A stretch of DNA of 64,000 bases from a virus: IMG/VR virus record IMGVR_UViG_3300033183_000299, positions 43,508 through 107,507 of that record. One strand, given 5' to 3'. The notes below the pieces were generated by a model, which saw nothing but the letters and a program-made list of their open reading frames with translations, ran no database searches and was not told where the DNA came from. Positions 52,765 to 62,780 of the stretch are shown here, piece after piece. Every line of letters starts with the position of its first letter. Position 1 is the first letter of the stretch. The position numbers and the translations under genes were made by a program.

Positions 52765-54012
52765 TTACCCCACAAAAATTTTCATTGGTACTTTAGCAAC
52801 GATAGCGTCCATGTTATCGATCATTGCCTTATCTGTCTCAGCAAGTTTGGAATATAACATCTCGTCCAATTGTTTATTGAGCTCTTCTCGAAGTGCTTGC
52901 TGCTCAGCAGAAGCTTGCGATAGAAGGTCTGAGGCGTTCAAGGAGACGTTATCGCCTGGTATAGGTACATTGCCGCCAAACTTTCCCCTAACTTGCCCTA
53001 GGGTCTCTTTTGAAAGCGCCAAGGCAAATCTTCTGATCCATTGTTGACCTATGGAATTGATACTTTCAAATGGAATATTCTCCATAGGCATAGTATTCAT
53101 ATTGTTCACACCATCAATACCAGAGTCATACGCTCCAGCGTCATAAGCGTTATCTCCAGACTCAACAGTAAATCTGAACCAGAACTGTTGCTCTGTAACG
53201 CTGTCTGGCGTAGGATAAAGTCTAATTTTATTGTCTATTATCTCATATGAATAGTGCGAAGTTCTAGTATATAAATGATCTTCGTATGCGATAGCTTGAG
53301 CCTTGTTTTGCCATGGAGGAATAACATTGAATGTGGAATCATCGGCATACTGACCGTAGTTGTGGAAATCTCCAACAACATTTAATCCGCCATAGTATCC
53401 GTAGAATCTCCACATTTGTCGAGGAGATACGTAATACACTTGTCTGATTTTAATTCTCTTGTTGCCCATGTTAGAAAATGGAAGAGAAGGGTCGGCAACA
53501 GCAGAGGCGCTTACGATTGATTGTAAATCGTAATCTTGCTGCTCTGGCTTTATATTGAAGGAGGCCGAATATATTGGCTCTGTCCCTCCAACCATTGCTT
53601 CTGAAGAAAACTTGTCGGCATTTCTAAATGCATAGTCAAATTGAAACTTTGGGTATTTAAGAGAAACCGAATCTGAGCCTTCCACTTCGCCTCTATGGTC
53701 AAATGTGCCCGTAGGACCTCCTAGGGCGCTCCCTAAGGCATTTCTAGCTTGATGGAGGTTCAATATATAGGAATACTCTAAACAAGCCTCCTCGTAGTGA
53801 TTATAGACATTCTCGGCGGTGATTTCAATATCAAGGACATCCCCACCTAACCTCTTGTATGTATATGCTACTTGAGCTGTTGCACCTGATACAAAAGCAT
53901 CTGATGTGTAGAAGCCGATTGCTAAAGAGTCAATAACATTTGACTCCGTTCCTACCGCAGGTAACACGATGGCCGACTGTTTTGATACCGGCGTTAAATC
54001 AGGAAATGACAT
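52765..54012 (-). CDS. neck/head-tail adaptor protein (gp13-like)
   Basis: LGGDVLDIEI, WIRRFALALSKETLGQVRGKF, IPG..V.LN. Confidence 0.75.
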   Translation of the reverse strand: MSFPDLTPVSKQSAIVLPAVGTESNVIDSLAIGFYTSDAFVSGATAQVAYTYKRLGGDVLDIEITAENVYNHYEEACLEYSYILNLHQARNALGSALGGPTGTFDHRGEVEGSDSVSLKYPKFQFDYAFRNADKFSSEAMVGGTEPIYSASFNIKPEQQDYDLQSIVSASAVADPSLPFSNMGNKRIKIRQVYYVSPRQMWRFYGYYGGLNVVGDFHNYGQYADDSTFNVIPPWQNKAQAIAYEDHLYTRTSHYSYEIIDNKIRLYPTPDSVTEQQFWFRFTVESGDNAYDAGAYDSGIDGVNNMNTMPMENIPFESINSIGQQWIRRFALALSKETLGQVRGKFGGNVPIPGDNVSLNASDLLSQASAEQQALREELNKQLDEMLYSKLAETDKAMIDNMDAIVAKVPMKIFVG

Positions 54013-54108
54013 ACTAAACCCTCCGTCAATGTAAATAGTTTAAAATAAGAGAAACCCCCGAGCATCTACATGTCCGAGGGAAAGGAGGTTAAAAATGAAC
54101 AACAATTC

Positions 54109-54432
54109 TTATTTTTTCTTTGTTGTTGTCTTCTTGCGAGTTGACTTTCTCTTTGTCTTTTTTTCTTTGACTTCTTCGACAGCTTCCTTCGCTTCTTCAA
54201 CAACATCTTCGGCTGTTGCTTTTGCTTCTTCGAGCATCTCTGCAACATCCTCTTTTGTTTCTTCGACAATCTCTTCGACCTTTTCGACGACTTCTTCGAC
54301 TGTCTCAACAACTTCTTCTTTTACTTTCTCTGCAACTTCTTCGACCTTTTCGATGACTTCTGTTGCTTTTGCTCGCACAGCCATTGCTGCTTTGCGAGCT
54401 TTTAATTTTAATCTTTTCTTTTTGATTCCCAT
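54109..54432 (-). CDS. low-complexity Glu/Val/Lys-rich protein
   Basis: Repeated VEEVVE/VKEE units with basic termini. Confidence 0.6.
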   Translation of the reverse strand: MGIKKKRLKLKARKAAMAVRAKATEVIEKVEEVAEKVKEEVVETVEEVVEKVEEIVEETKEDVAEMLEEAKATAEDVVEEAKEAVEEVKEKKTKRKSTRKKTTTKKK

Positions 54433-54447
54433 TTCATTCTCCTATTT

Positions 54448-54852
54448 TTATGATTGAATCCAATTAACACCATGAGCCATGCCGGTCACATACCACTTGT
54501 CTCCATCGCATATTAAGTCGACATACGAACCGGCTGAGGCGCCTGAGGGCAAAGTTAATCTAGTTTGACCACTATCTCCGACATTAAGCAAGGTTGCACC
54601 ACTTCCATTGTCTGATATAACCACTCCCTCAACTCTTGGAAACGCTATGCTTAAATTAGATGATGAATCTCCACGAAGAATTATCTTGAAGTAAGATCCT
54701 TTTTCTAAAAAGTCTACATTTAAAGTAACTGGATTATTTGCCGTTACGAAAATACACTGACCTGTTAGCTTATAGGTTATTTTGGTATCAGATGAAACAT
54801 TTTTAGTAAGCCATCTAGATCCATTATAGGGTGTTCTTGCGATTTTAGCCAT
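54448..54852 (-). CDS. putative virion decoration protein
   Basis: Beta-rich; shares GSY...DGD.W..G with the N-domain of 54916-58008; preceded by ACTATTTA. Confidence 0.55.
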   Translation of the reverse strand: MAKIARTPYNGSRWLTKNVSSDTKITYKLTGQCIFVTANNPVTLNVDFLEKGSYFKIILRGDSSSNLSIAFPRVEGVVISDNGSGATLLNVGDSGQTRLTLPSGASAGSYVDLICDGDKWYVTGMAHGVNWIQS

Positions 54853-54915
54853 TGTTTTAATTCCTTTTGTTAATAAATAGTCTGTCTAGACTTAAGTGAT
54901 TTAATTGTTAGTAGT

Positions 54916-57900
54916 TTATAGTGAGCTAGCATCTTCAATAGTTAATTGCCGATCTGATTGATTAGCAATGGCTGCGATCTGAGGATCAGTTAGGATTGTA
55001 TTAGCTTTGATTTGTAAACTATCAATTGAGTTAAGATGAGTTGGGCCACCATAACTCGGACTACTACCATTGTTAAATGCATTAATATATTTTCCAATAC
55101 CAAATCCTCTATGGGTTCTTGCTTTTGGTAAAATATAGAGGCTAGAAGATAAACCAGATTGGTCATATCCCTTCACACCATTCACATATATCTTGAGTCT
55201 GTATCCTCCGGCACCATCATTCTGATAAGTGAAGGCAAGATGATACCACTCATCAACATTGATAGAGCCTCCAGGAACTGAGGCAAGCCTGTCTACTTCA
55301 CCGGTACTACCATTTCCTGTTCTTACTCCAAGTTTGTTCCCGCCGGCTGCTTTAAGCCTAAAGTCACTTCTAATAACACCAGTACCACCAGGTCCATAAG
55401 CTCCACCAAAGAAGCTGTTGTTTGTTCCTATGTTTTGCGTGAATTTAATCCACAAGGAAATTGTAAACTCTCTCTCATTCATCAAACTAGTGGTTTCATC
55501 GTATGTAATTCCGCCATCAGCTTCTAAATCAGTAAAAGTTGCTCCATTAATGTCTGTAACTTTTGAGAAGATACCATTTGTGATCTCGGCATTATTGATG
55601 AGATTGTCTATTGCTGTTTGAGTTTCTTCAAGGAATACTGGAGACGGCTCTACCACTACTACTTGTAAAGTTGCCGTTGAAGAATTATTAGAGCTATCAG
55701 TAGCACTAAAAGACAAGTTATAAGTCGCAGCAGTATTTAGGTCTAAGGTGTCTCCACCTGCAATCACTTCGTTGCTTATGTCTCCATCAACATTATCGGT
55801 AGCTGTAACCGTGTAAGTAAAGGTACCTCCTGCCGATAATGTAACCTGACCATTAGTAATGTCTGAATCATCTTCATCGTTAGTAATTGTAATCACTGGA
55901 CTTGTTACATCTGGGATTACCGCGGTAATACTTAAGGCCTCTGAAGGATCCGACTCTTCACCTTCACTATTGATTGAGATAGCAGTGACTGAATAATCAC
56001 CGACACCCAATTCGCTAGTTGTAGCTGTAAATGTATTTCCTGAGACCTCAACTGGTATACCATGGTCCAAACCATCTATGAGCAGCTGAACTGTTAGGTT
56101 ATCTGCATAATCCCCAACTACATCACCAGTGACTGTAAATGTTGCATCTCCATTATCTACGACAACTAGATTTGTTGGTACGATAACTGCGGTTGTTACT
56201 GTGATTATCCTAGTATCTGTCGCGGTATTCCCAGCAAGGTCGGTGGCGGTATATGTTGCAACATATGTTTCTTCTGCATTAGTAAGGGCTGGGACATAAG
56301 CTGCTGTTACTGTAGCTGTTGAGAATGCATCTGCTGCTGAAGGAAGTGTATCTAGGTCCTGACCTAAGTAGGATGTTGTGTCTCCGATTGCATCCGTAAA
56401 ATATGGCGGCGTTCTGTCAACATTTACTCTGAAGGATGTTGATGGCTGAGAAGTTGTAAAACCAGCTTTTGACGCTTGTGCCGTAAGTGTGTACGCGGCA
56501 TCACCAGATAGGTTTATGGTTGCATTCCAGTCACCATTTGAGTCAACAATCACTGGTGAAGACAAGGGAGCTGCTCCATTTAAAGTTATCTCTGCGCCAA
56601 CAACTCCTGTTCCGCTAATATCGATAGGGTTCGGTTGGTTTGTATGGGAGTTATTTGAGAGACCATCCACTACAATTGTGGGGGCATCTAAAACATTTTG
56701 TTGATATACTACGGTAAAGTCTTGTGATGATTCTGACCATCGGGATCCCCTATAGGTCTGCTGTTGAGCTCTTATAATGCAAGATGAATTTGTGTTAAAT
56801 CCAAAATCGTGTGATGATATAATCCAATCTCCATTTCCATCTGCGGTGATGGTAGCTATCAGCGTATTTGGAGTTCCATCTTTCCAAACATCTACGCGCG
56901 CATTTGGACTGGCTGTGCCTTCAATATTAGCAACTGTGGTACTAATCGCAACGCCACTAGTATTCCCTCCGACTGTGGTTATCACAGGAACAGATGGTTG
57001 AACTAAATTAACCACTACTCCATTTACTGTTTGTTGGTAAGGATTGGTTTCATAGCTATAATCAAACGTTACAGTAAATGTATCTCCCTCAGCCATTGTG
57101 TCTAGATATGTTGTCGAATTAACTGTCGGAGTTATTGAGCCGCCTAAAGGATTTGTGATTGTTGGAAATGCTGGGAAGTTTGGACCAGATGTTCCAACTT
57201 CTATTTGAATCTCCGGACATTCAAAAGTTACCGAGGCCCCATCTACAGTATCGGTCCAAGAAAGAGTTTCCGCTACTTGACTTCCGCCTACAAATGATTT
57301 AAATTTAAAAGTATGCTCTCCATTAGCCAAGTCCTCAATTGTCCAAGACCAGCGGCCATTACTACCCACAGATACGGTATCTATTAGAGTATCCAATCCA
57401 TCATAAATATTTAAGGTTGAACTAGGCTCAGCAGTTCCTGTAAATTGTAAATCATTTTCTGCCGGACCAGAAGGATAATCGGCAGTGGTTACGAGGTCCG
57501 TAATGAGAACGGGGGCAAATTGTTGCTCCTGCTCTGTACTGTTGAGGTCCCCACCAGAAGACTCGCCATTTCCTCCTTGGCTATTTCTATCATATGTTAT
57601 TGTGGAGGTCGCTAGACCATTTCCAACACCAACGCCCCAAAAGAACCAATCATCGCCATCAGATATGGTGTTGGCATAAGACCCATCTTTCATCTCGGAT
57701 CCAAACTGAATCTGCTTAGAGCCGGCTGGTATCTTCATGATCGACAAGCTACCATTGGTATTGTTCAATAGAAGTCCCTTTAGTGAACCAGCCGTTGCGA
57801 CAACCTTAATATCCCCAGACATAGAGTCTGAATTTACAATCTCATAGGTGAAAGTCTCTTTTGTTGCTGGTAGCTCAACGGTTGCAGTTTCTGAACCAGC

Positions 57901-58008
57901 TGGTATCAGAGTCTCTCCATGTCTAGTACTTGGGGATATTGGGTCTAAACCAGTCTTTCTTACGACTTTCTTTCTGTATGAATTAAATGAAGATATTTTG
58001 TTTTTCAT
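54916..58008 (-). CDS. large Ig-like repeat protein with C-terminal LamG/ConA-like domain
   Basis: Repeated P.IT...GTA.P....V..Y and TYTATD..GN units; TISLWIK...WYHLAFTY...IYVNG. Confidence 0.75.
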   Translation of the reverse strand: MKNKISSFNSYRKKVVRKTGLDPISPSTRHGETLIPAGSETATVELPATKETFTYEIVNSDSMSGDIKVVATAGSLKGLLLNNTNGSLSIMKIPAGSKQIQFGSEMKDGSYANTISDGDDWFFWGVGVGNGLATSTITYDRNSQGGNGESSGGDLNSTEQEQQFAPVLITDLVTTADYPSGPAENDLQFTGTAEPSSTLNIYDGLDTLIDTVSVGSNGRWSWTIEDLANGEHTFKFKSFVGGSQVAETLSWTDTVDGASVTFECPEIQIEVGTSGPNFPAFPTITNPLGGSITPTVNSTTYLDTMAEGDTFTVTFDYSYETNPYQQTVNGVVVNLVQPSVPVITTVGGNTSGVAISTTVANIEGTASPNARVDVWKDGTPNTLIATITADGNGDWIISSHDFGFNTNSSCIIRAQQQTYRGSRWSESSQDFTVVYQQNVLDAPTIVVDGLSNNSHTNQPNPIDISGTGVVGAEITLNGAAPLSSPVIVDSNGDWNATINLSGDAAYTLTAQASKAGFTTSQPSTSFRVNVDRTPPYFTDAIGDTTSYLGQDLDTLPSAADAFSTATVTAAYVPALTNAEETYVATYTATDLAGNTATDTRIITVTTAVIVPTNLVVVDNGDATFTVTGDVVGDYADNLTVQLLIDGLDHGIPVEVSGNTFTATTSELGVGDYSVTAISINSEGEESDPSEALSITAVIPDVTSPVITITNDEDDSDITNGQVTLSAGGTFTYTVTATDNVDGDISNEVIAGGDTLDLNTAATYNLSFSATDSSNNSSTATLQVVVVEPSPVFLEETQTAIDNLINNAEITNGIFSKVTDINGATFTDLEADGGITYDETTSLMNEREFTISLWIKFTQNIGTNNSFFGGAYGPGGTGVIRSDFRLKAAGGNKLGVRTGNGSTGEVDRLASVPGGSINVDEWYHLAFTYQNDGAGGYRLKIYVNGVKGYDQSGLSSSLYILPKARTHRGFGIGKYINAFNNGSSPSYGGPTHLNSIDSLQIKANTILTDPQIAAIANQSDRQLTIEDASSL

Positions 58009-58063
58009 TTTGCAACCTCTTGTTAATTATTCTCAATAAATAGTCACTCCAAGCCTTAAAAAC

Positions 58064-58091
58064 AAAAAACCCCCATTCCGAAGAATGAGGG
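58064..58091 (-). terminator. intrinsic terminator after major capsid gene
   Basis: CCCTCATTC-TTCG-GAATGGGGG-TTTTTT. Confidence 0.8.
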
Positions 58092-58118
58092 CCGATTGTC
58101 TTAAAGTGTATTTTAAGA

Positions 58119-59882
58119 TTAGACTCCTTCGCCACCGATAAGGTCACGAACGATAACTAATCCGTACATATCCGGACGAACCATCTTCTTACCGTAACGA
58201 GTCATTACACCCTTACGAGGAACGAAGTCTTCAGGGCCAAAGATGGTAGGTGTGGTTTGCAAAGGCACGTAAGGTGCGTAAACATAACCAGACTCCAAGA
58301 ATGAAGAGCCTTTACGACCAACCAAGATAGCGTTACGTGGGAAGTAAGGATCAACGATAACATCGAACTTACGGTTCAAAGAACCAACCTTAACAGCACC
58401 GATGTCGCCTTTATCAGCGTCAGCAGTAACGTTAGCACGGAAACCAGCAGTGAATTCCAAGATGTTAGCAACTTCAGGAGAAAGAACTACGAAGTTAGCA
58501 CCACCACGCAAAGTCTTACGATGGATTTGTGCAGAAACGTCGTTGATAGTTTCAATCAAAGTTTCATACCATTCAGAAACGGTACCAGTGAAGTCAGGAG
58601 CAGCAGAAGTGCCGCCGATTTCAAGACCAGTAGCACGGTCAACAAACAAACCAGGTGAACGAGACCAGTAGAAAGTACCAGCAGTTGCACCATTGATCAA
58701 GTCAGACAAGATTTCACGGTCGATTTCAAGAGCGATTTGCTCAGACAAGATAGAAGTCAATTCAACCTCGGCATCCAAGTTATGGTAAGCATTCAAGTCT
58801 TGACCCAATTCAGGAGTCCACTTTGCTTTCAACTTTTTGGTTGTTGCTGTGATAGCGATAGAATCAACTTTGATATCGATCTCGGGAATATTTCCGTTGT
58901 TTTCAAGTCCCCAAGCAGCAGTACCTTTGATCGCGCCCAAGTCATGAGCAGCACCTTTGGTGAATTGGTCCAAGATTGGAAAAGAAGCATCGCCATTAAC
59001 CGCACCAGAAATCTCTAGAGTATCTGCAGAAGTAATCGCGGTAGTGGCTCGAGCATCACCCCAATAAACCAAATCTACTTTGTCTGTACCATTAAGGGCA
59101 GTCAATCGACGAACTTGAGTTAAAACTGATCCGCTCATGTCTTCCAAAGGAAGAACAAGTTGAGACAAGTGGTTTTTATTAAACTTGCGAGTTCCGGCAG
59201 GTAATGTCGCAGCAGCTTCAATATCGGCAATATTTACTGTTACTTTAAGGGCGTATCCATCAGCTCTCTCAGACAATAAATCAGCATCGAATTTTAACTC
59301 CGCATCAACAGCTGGTGTACCAATAGTAGACGAACTGAGGTCCAATACAACAGCTTGAATAGCAATAGTGCTAGTATTTGGAATAGATGCAGTTGGCGAA
59401 GAGTAGGCAGCGCCAAACGCGTATGGTTGCTTGTCCAACTCGGCGCTATCCAAAGTAACACCACCAGTTACTTGTGATCCGACAACTCCTTGACCGTAGA
59501 TAGAATCTTCACCAGTTTGACCTAAACGACGACCAGGATCAGTATCAGAGAATTTGAAATCCAAGAAGAAGATCAAACCAGAAGGCAAAGACATTGGTTG
59601 AACAGAAACCAAGTCGTTAGCAATCAATCCGGCGAATACACGACGAACGATTGGGAAAGCAACAGCAGCGAAACCTTCAACATCGCCACCAGCCATTGTG
59701 TTAGACTCACGCAACAATTCGCGAGCTTGATTTTCCAAAAGACGAGCCATGCCAGCCTTTTGTTCGTCGTTAGACAAGCCTTCCAAAAGACCAGTCTGAG
59801 ACCATTTGTTTAAAAGGGCAGCACCTTCTTGTTGCATGTTGCGGTGTACCATCCCTTCTGTAAGTGTTTGTACGATAGACAT
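58119..59882 (-). CDS. major capsid protein (T4 gp23-like)
   Basis: LLENQ, FPIVRRVF, VSVQPM..PSGLIF, KKLKAKWTPELGQDL, EIDREI, YAPYVPL, KGVMTRYG. Confidence 0.95.
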   Translation of the reverse strand: MSIVQTLTEGMVHRNMQQEGAALLNKWSQTGLLEGLSNDEQKAGMARLLENQARELLRESNTMAGGDVEGFAAVAFPIVRRVFAGLIANDLVSVQPMSLPSGLIFFLDFKFSDTDPGRRLGQTGEDSIYGQGVVGSQVTGGVTLDSAELDKQPYAFGAAYSSPTASIPNTSTIAIQAVVLDLSSSTIGTPAVDAELKFDADLLSERADGYALKVTVNIADIEAAATLPAGTRKFNKNHLSQLVLPLEDMSGSVLTQVRRLTALNGTDKVDLVYWGDARATTAITSADTLEISGAVNGDASFPILDQFTKGAAHDLGAIKGTAAWGLENNGNIPEIDIKVDSIAITATTKKLKAKWTPELGQDLNAYHNLDAEVELTSILSEQIALEIDREILSDLINGATAGTFYWSRSPGLFVDRATGLEIGGTSAAPDFTGTVSEWYETLIETINDVSAQIHRKTLRGGANFVVLSPEVANILEFTAGFRANVTADADKGDIGAVKVGSLNRKFDVIVDPYFPRNAILVGRKGSSFLESGYVYAPYVPLQTTPTIFGPEDFVPRKGVMTRYGKKMVRPDMYGLVIVRDLIGGEGV

Positions 59883-59899
59883 AATATAAACTCCTTAAA

Positions 59900-61030
59900 T
59901 TATTTTTTAATGCCCGCAAGTTTCTGCATCTTTTCCATAAATGGATCGGAAGCAGTCTTGCTTTCGTTAATGTTTTGTCTTGAGTTCAGCATTGCGCTTA
60001 AATTACTTCGACGATTGACTGACTCGCTAAGTGATTGTGGACCTTTGTTACTATTAGGCGTTGATCCCACTGTAGCCTTGAGTGTCTCGTGAAGACGCTT
60101 TGCTTCCTTCGGAGACTCCGCATTTGCGATGGCTTCGACAATTTTTGATTTTTGTCGCTCATTCAGGGAGGCATCACCCAGAGTGCGGTTCTGGTATAAA
60201 AGTTTTGCGTTAGACAATAGGGTCTCGTCCAAGTGTTCTTCCAACTTGGCAAGGACGCGTTCTAATTGTGTATTTTGACGCGTCAAGTACTCCACTGTCT
60301 CATGTAGTTCGTTTACTTTGCCCATTAGCTCATTGTCTTCAGACTCTGATTCAGATTCTTCATCATCGAGCAATTCGGCCATTTGGGCATTAAATTCTTC
60401 TCTAGATCTGTTATGGCGCCATACACCGGTTGCATCTGCTTGAGGGTCATAATCAACTTTCTCCTCAAGAATATCACCAAGAACTTCATAGACTTCCTCA
60501 AGTGCATCACCTTCAGGTTCGGCTTCTAAATCGCCTAATAGACTATCTAAGTCATCTTCACCACCTTCGGAAGGTTCTTGTGCTGGTTCTGCTTCAAGGT
60601 CGCTTGAAAGGTCTCCTAGGGGCTCTTCTGGTGCTCCATCGGCAGCAGCGATTTCATCTTGAGGTATTTCAAGATCTCCAAGATCTAATTCAATCATTCC
60701 ATTTTCATCTTCTGGGAGGTTGTCCACCATTGCGGTCAACTTCATTGAGATATCGTCAAATCGAGAGTCCCAAGCTGCTGGAGCTTCTATAGCTGTAGAT
60801 TCAGCGCTCCCGCCACCCATGGCCATCTCTTCTTCTTGCATTAATTCTTCTTCTGCTTCACTTATGACATCGTTAACTCGTGAAGAGACATCGTCTGATT
60901 CAAGCATTTGATCAACTGCTTCTTTAATTTGCTTTGAATACTTATCCAAAACTGATTGTTCTGCGTTTCTAATAGCTTGCTCTCTTAAAGCCGCTGCATC
61001 GGCGATTGCTTGTTCTAGCATGTTAGACAT
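59900..61030 (-). CDS. prohead scaffolding/core protein
   Basis: Acidic coiled coil directly upstream of the capsid gene; NAKLLYQN, QKLAGI. Confidence 0.8.
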   Translation of the reverse strand: MSNMLEQAIADAAALREQAIRNAEQSVLDKYSKQIKEAVDQMLESDDVSSRVNDVISEAEEELMQEEEMAMGGGSAESTAIEAPAAWDSRFDDISMKLTAMVDNLPEDENGMIELDLGDLEIPQDEIAAADGAPEEPLGDLSSDLEAEPAQEPSEGGEDDLDSLLGDLEAEPEGDALEEVYEVLGDILEEKVDYDPQADATGVWRHNRSREEFNAQMAELLDDEESESESEDNELMGKVNELHETVEYLTRQNTQLERVLAKLEEHLDETLLSNAKLLYQNRTLGDASLNERQKSKIVEAIANAESPKEAKRLHETLKATVGSTPNSNKGPQSLSESVNRRSNLSAMLNSRQNINESKTASDPFMEKMQKLAGIKK

Positions 61031-61101
61031 TAATTCATCTCCCGAAATTGTTTTTCTCCAATAAATAGTGTAAATAGAGTTTAAAGTCCAAAAGGGGCCT
61101 T

Positions 61102-61138
61102 AAAAAGAAAATGCCTCAACACTTTCGCATTGAGACAT
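61102..61138 (-). terminator. intrinsic terminator
   Basis: ATGTCTCAA/TTGAGGCAT stem followed by TTTCTTTT. Confidence 0.6.
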
Positions 61139-61166
61139 CCCTTTGTGCTAAGTAAGATAAACTTAA

Positions 61167-62252
61167 TTAAACACCAGCACTATAGGCAGCAGAAACTGCG
61201 GTTGCATCCCAAACACTGTTTTCGATAGTCATGTTCGTGAATTGACCTAAGTAAGCTTGGTTGCTTTGGAGTCCTCCATTTAGAGACATGGTACCAATTA
61301 TAAGTCCATAAACATCGTCTCCATTTCTATATGGATCCGATTTAGGCGAGAATGCTCTTTCCGCTTTGAATAAGCCATCCATGTATATTTTGGACATCCC
61401 AGAAACATTGTCCCATGTTACAGTGACCATGTGCCATTGACCATCAGAAGTGCTCGTATGGTTGGAAGAAACCCCATTCCCAACAACTGGGTCAAAGTCT
61501 GTACGACCAGAGTTCCATTGCCTTACAGCTGAACCGTCTTTATTATTGTCTGACCCATTAATCCATCCAAAACCAAACATATGCCCATAGCGATCACCGC
61601 CATCATTCTTGTACCACAAGTTAACGGTTTGGTAATCAGTATACATATATTCAGAGATATCTCCGTGAGTCATGAAGGATGTACCATCGAGAGTCAAAAT
61701 TCCATTTTCATATGTTGGGTTACCATACTTTGTTGTATTTGGATGATTCCATACATTCGCGATAACATCAACTACAACTGGCTCGTTTGGAGCCATACCT
61801 TCCTCTCCGACAGTGAATGATTCACTTGCCAACAACCAAGCCAAAGACCCGTCAGACATAATAGTCAACATCTTGTTCGCATCAGAAGGTCTGTAGACAG
61901 GAATCTCTTCAACATCATAGAACTTAACTTCGCGATTAACACCGGCCAATGGCGGTATTGAGTTTACTATGTTGTCTGTCGAGAAGAAAGAAACAGACAT
62001 AACCTCTTCACTACCAGTCAAAGACTTGAGGTAGTAGCTTTGATATGTATTCTCAAACTTGAATTGTGGATCCAAACTGTTCCACGTGTAAATTGTTGTC
62101 CATGCTGAACCGTCCCAACCATGAATGGAGATGTTCTTTCCCTTGAAAACAACAGAGATCTCGCCTGAGTGAGACACTGGTGCAGAGAAAGAATTCTCCA
62201 AAGATGGATCGGAAACGAAAGCAGACAACTTCATAAATTTTTGCTTTTTCAT
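61167..62252 (-). CDS. virion protein with C-terminal LamG/ConA-like domain
   Basis: TVNLWYK...DGQWHMVTVTWD...IYMDG; N-half paralogous to 62270-62671. Confidence 0.7.
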   Translation of the reverse strand: MKKQKFMKLSAFVSDPSLENSFSAPVSHSGEISVVFKGKNISIHGWDGSAWTTIYTWNSLDPQFKFENTYQSYYLKSLTGSEEVMSVSFFSTDNIVNSIPPLAGVNREVKFYDVEEIPVYRPSDANKMLTIMSDGSLAWLLASESFTVGEEGMAPNEPVVVDVIANVWNHPNTTKYGNPTYENGILTLDGTSFMTHGDISEYMYTDYQTVNLWYKNDGGDRYGHMFGFGWINGSDNNKDGSAVRQWNSGRTDFDPVVGNGVSSNHTSTSDGQWHMVTVTWDNVSGMSKIYMDGLFKAERAFSPKSDPYRNGDDVYGLIIGTMSLNGGLQSNQAYLGQFTNMTIENSVWDATAVSAAYSAGV

Positions 62253-62269
62253 TTCTTAATCTCCTTAAG

Positions 62270-62671
62270 TTATCTTGTAATCCAAACCAAGTTTCCATCA
62301 GCGTCAACTGATAAAACTTTTCCAGCATCAGCAGCTGAGAATGCAGGCATGTCACCAATCTCGCTTACAGAAGCAGGTGTTGGCGCTTGAGATTTGATCA
62401 GAGAGTCTTCCATGAAAACTCCACGCATGGTTTCTTCTGAGCCAGTGTTTGACTTAAAGAAGACAGCTGAATAGGTTGTAAAAGGAACGAAAACAACTTT
62501 GTCTTCAGCAGTTGTTGTACCAACGAGTTCCCATGATGAACCATTTTTTCCATAAACTTCCATCTCTGCGAATCCGATGCAGATCATTGTATTTTGGTTT
62601 GCTTCTGGTAAGATCCCAGCATCTCCAGAAGTTGGTGCTGATGTACCAGCAATATATTTTGTAACAGACAT
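62270..62671 (-). CDS. putative virion protein (paralog of 61167 N-domain)
   Basis: Shared KS.TGSEE.M and D(A)GK.L....DG.L.W motifs. Confidence 0.65.
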   Translation of the reverse strand: MSVTKYIAGTSAPTSGDAGILPEANQNTMICIGFAEMEVYGKNGSSWELVGTTTAEDKVVFVPFTTYSAVFFKSNTGSEETMRGVFMEDSLIKSQAPTPASVSEIGDMPAFSAADAGKVLSVDADGNLVWITR

Positions 62672-62705
62672 TCTTAATCCTCCAAATTGTAAAGTGTGTC
62701 TTAAT

Positions 62706-62738
62706 AAAAAAGGGCCTCGAAAGTTTCCCCCGAGGCCC
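62706..62738 (-). terminator. intrinsic terminator
   Basis: GGGCCTCG/CGAGGCCC stem followed by TTTTTT. Confidence 0.75.
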
Positions 62739-62780
62739 CAAGGTTAATACCTCTAAGGTATTATGCACTAGCTAATCAGA

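Noticed and set aside
54109-54432. Short repeats suggesting CRISPR or VNTR
   Set aside because: They are imperfect coding repeats of a Glu/Val-rich protein. I found no CRISPR-like repeat-spacer array anywhere in the window.
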